DNA of 64,000 bases from NCBI GenBank assembly GCA_034111325.1, contig JAWUXM010000002.1, positions 80,774 to 144,773 of the forward strand, read 5' to 3'. Of this stretch, positions 29,078-36,658 are shown piece after piece. Below the pieces are notes generated by a model, which did no database searches, was not told the DNA's origin, and worked only from the letters and a program-made list of their open reading frames with translations. Within the stretch, counting starts at the first letter, position 1. Each line of letters starts with the position of its first letter. The stretch is from Rickettsiales bacterium. GTDB taxonomy: Bacteria > Pseudomonadota > Alphaproteobacteria > Rickettsiales > JABIRX01. A program made the position numbers and the translations under genes.

Positions 29078-29484
29078 GATGGTTACCTATAAAAGTTACT
29101 AAGCTTTAAAACGCACACATATAAGGAGCAGGTGCTAGGGCGTTAGTAAGCCGCCAAAGACAGCCGACTGCACCTTACGATACAGCCCGCCCTAGCATAA
29201 AAGCATAATCTTTGAAGGTTACTAAGCCTTAGTGGCTAGAATGGTAATCTACCACTTGAAAGTCAATGAAAAGCTTCTCTTTCTATGAATTTGCGCACTT
29301 TGCATCTTAAGGAAGCGCTGAGATGAGCTGGCTGATATTTTGTCTTCTTGGGAATTTATTTGGTTGCGAGGGTTAAAGCCTTTGTTTATAAGGATTTGAC
29401 ATAGTAGTTGCGGCACATCAAAATCTTTTTTAGAGAAAAATTAGAATAGCACCAATTATTACTAAACCCGCAATGGTCATAATA

Positions 29485-30924
29485 TTAATCAAAGAAATTT
29501 AGACACATATCAACCTTTTTTGATATACTGTCCATAAAACTACCACTGCCATTATAACTGCCATGATGAGAACCAAGAATGCTTTGAGCCCCTCTAAGAA
29601 GATAGCTTTGCTGAGCTTGATAAGCCTGGTCTTGGGCACTAATTAGAATAAAAGGGTGAAGATATTCTATAAGAAAGTCTGTATTTGCTTGATAATTTTC
29701 TTTGGTTTTAATTATATAAAGCGTCATTTCAGCCCACCAAGAACTGCCAACTAAATTATCTTTTTTAATTAATCCATGTTTTTCAAAGAGCTGAATATAG
29801 TCTTGGTATAAAAAGCTACCTTCTCTAATTCTTTTTGCATTTTCTTCATTATCTAACAAAATCGCAATATAAAGAATCGCTGCAAGTAAAATTCCATGCA
29901 CCTTCTTTGTGCCTTGCTGTGCTGTTAGAGTATGAGATAATATTCTAAAAAACTCATCTACTTGTCTTGGAGACAAGTTAAAACAATTACAAATCTCGCA
30001 TATTTGCTCTTGTACGTACTCAATTATATTGTTTGTATAGAATCTATCTGCCCGCCCTTGTCCAAAATACTCTTCAACTTTTGACTTAATATATGACAGA
30101 ACAGCGTTCTCATCTGGCTTTGGAAGGCTAACATTCCTGTGAATGAATTTTCTGTAATATTCTGAAAAATCTAGGTCTCCATATAAGCATCTAATTGATG
30201 ATTCTAGATGCCCTTTGTCTACCCCTAAAATAAATACTACCCCTTTAGTTTGAAAGAAGTGTTTAAGGGTTTCTAGAAAATGAACTGCGTAATTTGGTCT
30301 AGACCTATCCAACTCATCAACTAGGATGAACAAAGGCTTATTTTCTAATGAAGAAATATAACTTTTTAATGACTTATTTAGCTGTTCAAACAAATTGCTC
30401 TTTTCAACATATTCTTTGAAAATTGCATTACCCATTTTTTCATCTCTATCTTTCATGTCTTTTTCAACTATTTCAGCGCATTCCTTTACATTAATCCCTG
30501 TAAATTTATTGATAACTTGATTGGTTGCAATTGCACAACTGCCAATCACCATAAAAAGAGTCTCTTTCAGGCAACTTGTTATTTCTTCATCCAACCCTTT
30601 TTTCTTGTTTAAATGGTCTATTATCTCAGAAGCGATTGTAACTACTGGTTCGTCAAAAAAGTCATTTTTCCAAGCATTGATATGAATAACATCATATTCT
30701 TGACCAACTTCTAAACGGTTCTTCATCATTTCTAAAAAACATGATTTGCCAGAACCAAACTGTCCATTTAGACTCATTACCAAGCTACCTTCAACATGAG
30801 GATATTCAGCAACTACATGTTTTATTAATTTCTCAGCAAAACTTTTTAGGTCCAATTTGTCAAAATGATCAAATGTTTTATCTAAGTTGTTTTTTGCTAA
30901 TTCTGGACCAGTCTCTTTTGTCAT
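29485..30924 (-). CDS. KAP family P-loop NTPase
   Basis: Walker A LNGQFGSGKSCFLEMM is followed by INAWKNDFFDEP. After a long insert comes Walker B FILVDELDRSRPNYAVHFLETLKHFF, then VFILGVDKGHLESSIRCLYG. This is the canonical KAP motif order. Confidence 0.85.
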   Translation of the reverse strand: MTKETGPELAKNNLDKTFDHFDKLDLKSFAEKLIKHVVAEYPHVEGSLVMSLNGQFGSGKSCFLEMMKNRLEVGQEYDVIHINAWKNDFFDEPVVTIASEIIDHLNKKKGLDEEITSCLKETLFMVIGSCAIATNQVINKFTGINVKECAEIVEKDMKDRDEKMGNAIFKEYVEKSNLFEQLNKSLKSYISSLENKPLFILVDELDRSRPNYAVHFLETLKHFFQTKGVVFILGVDKGHLESSIRCLYGDLDFSEYYRKFIHRNVSLPKPDENAVLSYIKSKVEEYFGQGRADRFYTNNIIEYVQEQICEICNCFNLSPRQVDEFFRILSHTLTAQQGTKKVHGILLAAILYIAILLDNEENAKRIREGSFLYQDYIQLFEKHGLIKKDNLVGSSWWAEMTLYIIKTKENYQANTDFLIEYLHPFILISAQDQAYQAQQSYLLRGAQSILGSHHGSYNGSGSFMDSISKKVDMCLNFFD

Positions 30925-31242
30925 TATTTATCTAAATAAAAATTCATTTCACGTAAAAAAGGTGTCAGGGTGTTTGTAGATCGTACATAGTCGACCCTGA
31001 AAGCGTTACCACAATCAGCACCCTGACATAATAGGCCACTATCGCTTCCTAAGAAACGCTATGTACGTGCTACAAAACACAAACGAAGTATTAATCTCTG
31101 GTTAGGCAGGTGTCAATATAGGATGCGTAAGCTTTGCGATAATTAAAAAAATATAATCGCACGAACGATATTTTGCGGCAACAGTGCGGCAATGAGTTTT
31201 TATGTGGGGCTGAGGCAAAAGCCAAGAAGCCTTGGTTTTATG

Positions 31243-31319
31243 TGGTTGCGGGGGCAGGATTTGAACCTACGGCCTTCAGGTTATGAGCCTGACGAGCTAC
31301 CAGACTGCTCCACCCCGCG
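31243..31319 (-). tRNA. Initiator tRNA-fMet (anticodon CAT), CCA encoded
   Basis: The reverse complement reads CGCGGGGTGGAGCAGTCTGGTAGCTCGTCAGGCTCATAACCTGAAGGCCGTAGGTTCAAATCCTGCCCCCGCAACCA. It is 77 nt and near-identical to E. coli tRNA-fMet. It has the C1:A72 mismatch hallmark. The anticodon stem is UCAGG/CCUGA, giving two rather than three G:C pairs next to the loop. Confidence 0.95.
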
Positions 31320-31803
31320 CTAATGACTTAGATTGTTTATGCGTTTTGCACATTGGAATCTAAGGAGAGCGCATTTTGTGGGTTTTCGGCTAAGAGTCAA
31401 GGTTTTATACTAGGCAGCCTGCTCTTATGTGCTGGATATTGTAAATTAATTCGTGACACTCGCACAGTATGGACCCCTGCCTGCGCAGGGATGACGGCTT
31501 GGACGTTATTTTGCGCAAACGTCAGCCTAATAACGACATTCATCTTTAAATGCACATTTCTTGTAGGCATAAAAGCTAGGGGTTTTTGTCACAATCCTAC
31601 GGATAGAAGTAAAATTAGCGATATAGCTTCGTGCAATTTCTCGCCAATAGCTTTGGCTATTAGCTTTACGATTCTACGTGGCTACTCAGCATCTAATTTT
31701 ACATAACTGCAAATGCGTATTTAAAGATGAATGTCGGTATAAGATAAGATATTGCATTAGCAGGAAACCCCTACTATAACTGAAAAAATCACTGAATTTA
31801 TAC

Positions 31804-32733
31804 ATGATGCTTATGTCTCGGAGGTTGATCTCATGCTACTTCTCTCTACTTATCGCGCTTAGCAGCTGTTCACAACGCTCGGCGGAGATCGTCTATAAGG
31901 ACGGGATTTTTTATGGTAAAAACCGCACTGTACAAGCACAAAGACGCACTCAGCCTAACCGCCAAAAAACGACAAATGCCAATGCAATTTATGTTGAGGA
32001 AGGAGACACACTTTATAGCATTGCACGCCGCAATAAAATCTCAACACGTGCCTTAATAAACACTAACTCTCTTAGGCCGCCATATCTTTTAAAAGTTAAT
32101 CAAGAGTTACAAGTTCCATCTGAAAGGCTCACCCATATAGTAAAATCTGGCGATAGTACTTATCAAGTCGCTAATTCATATAACATCTCCGCTAATGATT
32201 TGATTTCGCTAAATCGCCTGGAAAAGCCATATAGACTGCAAACTGGGCAAGTCTTAGTTTTACCTTATGAGGCAAAACGCTCCTCTTCTAAACAAGTAGC
32301 AACAGCTCGCTCAAAGAATAGCCCAACCTCAATCATCCGTAATTCTTCAACCAAACAGAATTTCATATGGCCAGTTAGCGGAAAGATTGTCTCAAATTTC
32401 GGGCCAAAATCCGGCGGGCTGTATAATGATGGTATAAATATTCAAGTTCCTGAAGGCACGCCTATTAAGGCTGCCGCAAGTGGCAAAGTTGTATATATCG
32501 GCAATGAGTTGCGAGGCTATGGGAATTTAATTATTATTCGTCATGATAATGGCTGGTTAACTGCCTATGCACATAGCAAATCCGTCCTGACTAAAAAAGG
32601 CAGCTATGTTAAAACTGGTGACGTTATAGCTTCCGCTGGGCGTACTGGTAATGTGAAATCATCACAGCTACATTTTGGCTTACGCAAAGGTCGTAAGGCT
32701 GTTGATCCGCAAAAATATCTGCACAAATCTTAA
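31804..32733 (+). CDS. nlpD: LysM-domain M23 peptidase lipoprotein (NlpD-like)
   Basis: Lipobox ALSSCSQ and two LysM repeats (YVEEGDTLYSIARRNKIS, HIVKSGDSTYQVANSYNIS). M23 core GINIQVPEGTPIKAAASGKVVY...GNLIIIRHDNGWLTAYAHS. Confidence 0.85.
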   Translation: MMLMSRRLISCYFSLLIALSSCSQRSAEIVYKDGIFYGKNRTVQAQRRTQPNRQKTTNANAIYVEEGDTLYSIARRNKISTRALINTNSLRPPYLLKVNQELQVPSERLTHIVKSGDSTYQVANSYNISANDLISLNRLEKPYRLQTGQVLVLPYEAKRSSSKQVATARSKNSPTSIIRNSSTKQNFIWPVSGKIVSNFGPKSGGLYNDGINIQVPEGTPIKAAASGKVVYIGNELRGYGNLIIIRHDNGWLTAYAHSKSVLTKKGSYVKTGDVIASAGRTGNVKSSQLHFGLRKGRKAVDPQKYLHKS

Positions 32734-33365
32734 TGCAAAACCCCTCCCCTGATCTAGAAAAAATCTATATAAATCTGTGTAACATCACGAATGTTTCACG
32801 TGAAACATTCGTGAGATTGCAGCAATACGTTGACTTCCTTATAAAAAACAACGCTAAAATAAATTTAATTGGCAAGAATACCACAGCAGATATTTGGCAT
32901 CGCCACATATTCGATTCAGCACAAATTCTACAACATCTACCAAAAGACACAAAACGAGTTATAGATATAGGAACTGGCGCTGGTTTGCCAGGAATTATCC
33001 TATCTATTCTTGGTATTGAGGAAGTTGATTTAGTTGAATCAATTACTAAAAAAGCTAATTTTTTACGTGAAGCTGCACAATTCTCGCCTAATAAAATTAA
33101 TGTTTTTAACGATAGGGCTGAGGATTTGATAGCATGGGAAAGCGATGTGGTCACCTCTCGTGCCTGCGCACCGCTTGATAAATTACTTGGTTTTACTGAA
33201 AAATTGATTGCAAAAAGCAAAATTTGCGTATTCCTTAAAGGTAGAAATGTAGAGGAAGAAATTTTGCAGGCTAAAAATACATGGTCTTTTGATTATGATT
33301 TAGCCAAAAGCCTTACTGCGGAAGATTCTTACATCATTAAAATAAACAACGTAAAACATTTATAG
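32733..33365 (+). CDS. rsmG: 16S rRNA (guanine527-N7)-methyltransferase RsmG (GidB)
   Basis: NVSRETFVRLQQYVDFLIKNNAKINL N-terminus and SAM motif DIGTGAGLPGI. It lies immediately upstream of parAB. Confidence 0.9.
   Translation: MQNPSPDLEKIYINLCNITNVSRETFVRLQQYVDFLIKNNAKINLIGKNTTADIWHRHIFDSAQILQHLPKDTKRVIDIGTGAGLPGIILSILGIEEVDLVESITKKANFLREAAQFSPNKINVFNDRAEDLIAWESDVVTSRACAPLDKLLGFTEKLIAKSKICVFLKGRNVEEEILQAKNTWSFDYDLAKSLTAEDSYIIKINNVKHL
32792..32807. promoter_or_regulatory. parS: Intragenic parS site (perfect) inside rsmG
   Basis: TGTTTCACGTGAAACA is embedded in a 28-bp perfect palindrome at 32786-32813. It encodes the conserved VSRET of RsmG. Confidence 0.8.
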
Positions 33366-33368
33366 CAC

Positions 33369-34154
33369 ATGGGCGAAATAATAGCTATAGCAAACCAAAA
33401 AGGCGGCGTAGGGAAAACTACTACCTCAATTAACTTAGCCACATCATTCGCTGCTATAAAACGTAAAACCCTATTAATTGACCTTGATCCCCAAGGGAAT
33501 ACTGGCACAGGGCTTGGTTATGAAGCTAAAAATCGTGAATTTACGATTTATGATGCTATCAGTGGTATTAAAGAAATAGAAGAAGTTATCAAACATACAG
33601 GCATTAAAAACCTTGATCTGATCTCCTCTACTGTTGATTTATCAGCAGCTGAGCTAGAACTTAAAGATGTTCCGGAACGTGAGTTTGTCTTAAGAAAACT
33701 CTTACAGAAAGTTAGCGCCCAATATGATTATATTATTATTGATTGCCCACCATCGTTAGGTTTATTAACAATCAATGCCTTAGTTGCGTCTGATAGCTTG
33801 CTCGTGCCTATGCAATGTGAGTTTTTTGCCCTTGAAGGCTTGAGCCATTTATTACGCACTGTCTATTTAATTCAAAAAAGCCTAAATCGTGATTTAGAAA
33901 TTAAAGGCGTGTTATTAACAATGTATGACAAACGTAACCGCCTTTCTGGACAAGTAGCAGATGATGTGCGTGCCTTCCTTGGTGAAAAAGTATATAAAAC
34001 AATGATTCCACGTAATGTCCGAGTTTGTGAAGCGCCGTCACACGGCAAACCAGTAATTGTCTATGATATAAAATGCGCTGGTTCAAAAGCATATTTAGCA
34101 TTGGCAAAAGAGATTATTAACGACGAAGCAGAGATCAAAAAAGCTGCGGCATAA
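33369..34154 (+). CDS. parA: Chromosome partitioning ATPase ParA (Soj)
   Basis: Deviant Walker A NQKGGVGKTTT and DCPPSLG. Confidence 0.95.
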   Translation: MGEIIAIANQKGGVGKTTTSINLATSFAAIKRKTLLIDLDPQGNTGTGLGYEAKNREFTIYDAISGIKEIEEVIKHTGIKNLDLISSTVDLSAAELELKDVPEREFVLRKLLQKVSAQYDYIIIDCPPSLGLLTINALVASDSLLVPMQCEFFALEGLSHLLRTVYLIQKSLNRDLEIKGVLLTMYDKRNRLSGQVADDVRAFLGEKVYKTMIPRNVRVCEAPSHGKPVIVYDIKCAGSKAYLALAKEIINDEAEIKKAAA

Positions 34155-34176
34155 TATCTATTATATAGAGGTGAGT

Positions 34177-35028
34177 ATGAAAAAACACGGCTTAGGACAA
34201 GGTCTATCAGCACTTTTTGGTGAAGGTAATTTACCAGTTAATGATAGTGAGCAAATTACTAATGTAGCTATCACTAAATTAGAGGCTGGTCCATACCAAC
34301 CAAGAACTGAGTTTAAAGAGGAAGAGTTACAAGAACTTGCAGATTCCATAGTAGAGAATGGCATCTTACAGCCTATTATCGTAAAAAAGGCTCATGGTAA
34401 TGAAAACTACAAAATCATTGCTGGAGAGCGCCGTTTCCGTGCAGCGCAACTTGCAAACCTTGCTGAAGTCCCAGTTATTATAAAAGATATAACTGACTCA
34501 CAAGCATTAGAAATCGCTATCGTTGAGAATATCCAACGCCAGAACCTTACGCCAATTGAAGAAGCAAGCGCCTTTACTCGCCTTATTGAAGAATATTCAT
34601 ATACGCAGGAAGAGCTGGCAACTCATTTAGGTAAAAGCCGTAGCCACATAACAAATCTATTACGCTTACTTACCTTGCCAGAAAAAGTCCAAGATATGGT
34701 TAATAACGGCTCTCTTTCAATGGGACATGCACGTGCCTTAGTAAAATTAGAAAATGCTCTGCATGTTGCTGAAGAGATTATCGAGAAAAAACTAAGCGTT
34801 CGTGATACAGAAAGGCTAATCAACAAAGATACTCAGGATAGGAAAAAAGCACTTTTAGTACAGTTTGAAGCGGGAAAGCGTAAGCATCTACAAAGTTTAG
34901 AACAAAAACTAGCCGAAAAACTTAACACACAAGTTAAAATCAAAAATAAAGCTCAGGCGGGTAGAATTGAAATTTCCTTTGCTACAATTAAAGAAATGGA
35001 TGCGCTGATAGATCTTTTATTAGCATAG
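34177..35028 (+). CDS. parB: Chromosome partitioning protein ParB (Spo0J)
   Basis: GLGQGLSAL, the arginine patch IIAGERRFRAA, and the HTH region. ATG 34177 is preceded by GAGGTG; the track begins at GTG 34171. Confidence 0.95.
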   Translation: MKKHGLGQGLSALFGEGNLPVNDSEQITNVAITKLEAGPYQPRTEFKEEELQELADSIVENGILQPIIVKKAHGNENYKIIAGERRFRAAQLANLAEVPVIIKDITDSQALEIAIVENIQRQNLTPIEEASAFTRLIEEYSYTQEELATHLGKSRSHITNLLRLLTLPEKVQDMVNNGSLSMGHARALVKLENALHVAEEIIEKKLSVRDTERLINKDTQDRKKALLVQFEAGKRKHLQSLEQKLAEKLNTQVKIKNKAQAGRIEISFATIKEMDALIDLLLA

Positions 35029-35036
35029 TTTGGGAA

Positions 35037-35052
35037 TGTTTCACGTGGAACA
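35037..35052. promoter_or_regulatory. parS: parS site TGTTTCACGTGGAACA (one position off perfect palindrome)
   Basis: It lies 9 nt after the parB stop. The sequence equals the reverse complement of the classic B. subtilis parS TGTTCCACGTGAAACA. Confidence 0.8.
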
Positions 35053-35171
35053 TTGCTGTAAAACCCTAGTTTTCTGGGATCCTCTTTAATTTTAGAGCTC
35101 TAAAAGATTATTGTTTCACAAATACACACCCTGAATAATCACCTGATGCTAGAATAAAATTCAATTAGTGG

Positions 35172-35262
35172 TTGCATTGCTGTTTGCCCTATGTTATAAT
35201 GGGGATTCTCATATCTCTCTTGTAAGGGGGTGGAAGCTTCGGCTCCCACCCTTTTATTTTTT
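35172..35262 (+). ncRNA. Candidate small RNA gene, copy 2 (sigma70-like promoter + ~55-nt transcript + intrinsic terminator)
   Basis: -35 TTGCAT (35172-35177), exact 17-nt spacer, -10 TATAAT (35195-35200). The transcript reads GGGGAUUCUCAUAUCUCUCUUGUAAG. The hairpin is GGGUGGAAGC-UUCG-GCUCCCACCC (35228-35251) with tail UUUUAUUUUUU (35252-35262). Confidence 0.5.
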
Positions 35263-35303
35263 CTAGCACCAAAAGAATCATCACTCCGCTCCGCAAAAAA
35301 GGC

Positions 35304-35450
35304 GTCATCCTGAACTTGTTTTAGGATCTACTGAATTAGCCAATAGTTTAATAAGTATAGCTTTTATCATTAACAGCATGATGTTATTACAAATTTCTTA
35401 CCCCTTATTTTTGTTTGGCTACGCAGATCCTGAAACAAGTTCAGGATGAC
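35304..35450. repeat. MITE-like unit bounded by 26-bp inverted repeats
   Basis: GTCATCCTGAACTTGTTTTAGGATCT (35304-35329) matches the reverse complement of AGATCCTGAAACAAGTTCAGGATGAC (35425-35450) at 25/26 positions. Each arm is itself a small hairpin (ATCCTGAA/TTCAGGAT). Confidence 0.65.
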
Positions 35451-35481
35451 TTGTTTGGTAGGCACTCTACGCCATTATTCG

Positions 35482-36606
35482 TTATTCCTGCGCCGGCAGG
35501 AATCCATATGCTTTTATCATTTTTGCGAGCCTAATAATATCTTTTCGCTTATGCTGCGCAGAGAAGCTAATCCGCAAGCGGGCAGTGTTTTTCGGCACGG
35601 TGGGCGGCCTAATTGCAGCTAAAAGGAAACCTTCTTTTTTAAACATTTCGCTAAACTCTAACAAGCGTGCATCATCGCCAATAATAATATTAACGATCTG
35701 GCTCTCAGGCTCGGCTAAACCTGCTAACTTACAGAATAATTTAGCATTTACTAATGGCTTGCGACAAAGTGCTTTGTTGCTCTCTATAATCTTTAATGAT
35801 TGCACCATCGCCGCTAAAATCGGATATGGTAAAGCAGTTGAGTAAATCAATGATTTTGCCTTATTGGTTAGATAATCAATAAGCTGCTTATCCCCTGCTA
35901 CATAGCCGCCATACAGCCCTGCGGCTTTTGATAACGTTCCCATTTGTACTAAATTTGCTGATTTATGTTTTTGCTCGATAACGCCTAAACCATGCGCATC
36001 ATCAGTTAAAAGCATGCAATCATGCTTCTCTGCTAGTGTTAATAACTCCCCTACTCGCCCTAAATCACCATCCATTGAAAAAATTGTCTCCGTAATGAGC
36101 AAACAATTATCATATGATTTACGATGTTTTTTAAGCAAAGCTTGGCATTCCGCAACGTCATTATGGGCAAAACGTAAGACCTTGGCACGTGATAATAGCG
36201 CGCCATCGATTGATGATGAGTGAATTAATTTATCAGCAATGATTAGATCCTTACGACCAACAAGGGCTGAAATCGTTCCGATTGCTGTTAAATAGCCACT
36301 ACCAAAAATTAAAGCTTTGTCAGTGTTTTTAATTTTTGCAATTAGCTTTTCTGCTTGATCGTAATATTTATTATTCCCCGTGACTAAACGTGAAGCAGCA
36401 CTCCCAACACCATATCGCTTAATTGCCTTAATAGCAGCTTTTTTAACGGCTTTATTTTGTGCCAACCCCAAATAATCATTACACGCAAAAGAGACGTATT
36501 TATGGCTCTTTTCGCATAGATAGCGACCTTTGCGTTCATAGCTTATCAATTTTCGATAAAGATTTAGTTCTTTTATCTGTTTGATTTTTAATTCAAAACT
36601 TGTCAT
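35482..36606 (-). CDS. bioF: 8-amino-7-oxononanoate synthase
   Basis: Class II aminotransferase fold with PLP-lysine context GTLSKAAG. It is divergent from bioB. Confidence 0.85.
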   Translation of the reverse strand: MTSFELKIKQIKELNLYRKLISYERKGRYLCEKSHKYVSFACNDYLGLAQNKAVKKAAIKAIKRYGVGSAASRLVTGNNKYYDQAEKLIAKIKNTDKALIFGSGYLTAIGTISALVGRKDLIIADKLIHSSSIDGALLSRAKVLRFAHNDVAECQALLKKHRKSYDNCLLITETIFSMDGDLGRVGELLTLAEKHDCMLLTDDAHGLGVIEQKHKSANLVQMGTLSKAAGLYGGYVAGDKQLIDYLTNKAKSLIYSTALPYPILAAMVQSLKIIESNKALCRKPLVNAKLFCKLAGLAEPESQIVNIIIGDDARLLEFSEMFKKEGFLLAAIRPPTVPKNTARLRISFSAQHKRKDIIRLAKMIKAYGFLPAQE

Positions 36607-36658
36607 AAAATCCCGCGAGTAAAATATTTACGCGTGACATTATAAGGAATAACAGAAA

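Noticed and set aside
30945-30960. parS-like CATTTCACGTAAAAAA just upstream of the KAP leader hairpin
   Set aside because: Only 12/16 positions match the consensus and the right half-site is destroyed (GTAAAAAA versus GTGAAACA). ParB is unlikely to bind it, so I do not count it as a seventh site.
29131-31030. Interpreting the two upstream hairpins as integron attC sites or as a retron msr/msd
   Set aside because: The hairpin ends have no RYYYAAC/GTTRRRY core sites, and the window has no intI integrase. No reverse transcriptase gene is adjacent, which a retron would require.
31353-31706. 117-aa ORF between tRNA-fMet and nlpD
   Set aside because: It has no recognisable motif. It runs through repeat-like sequence (e.g. 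CCTGCCTGCGCAGGGATGACGG and the inverted TTTAAAGATG motif copies) and has an odd Cys/Phe-rich composition. It is most likely non-coding intergenic DNA.
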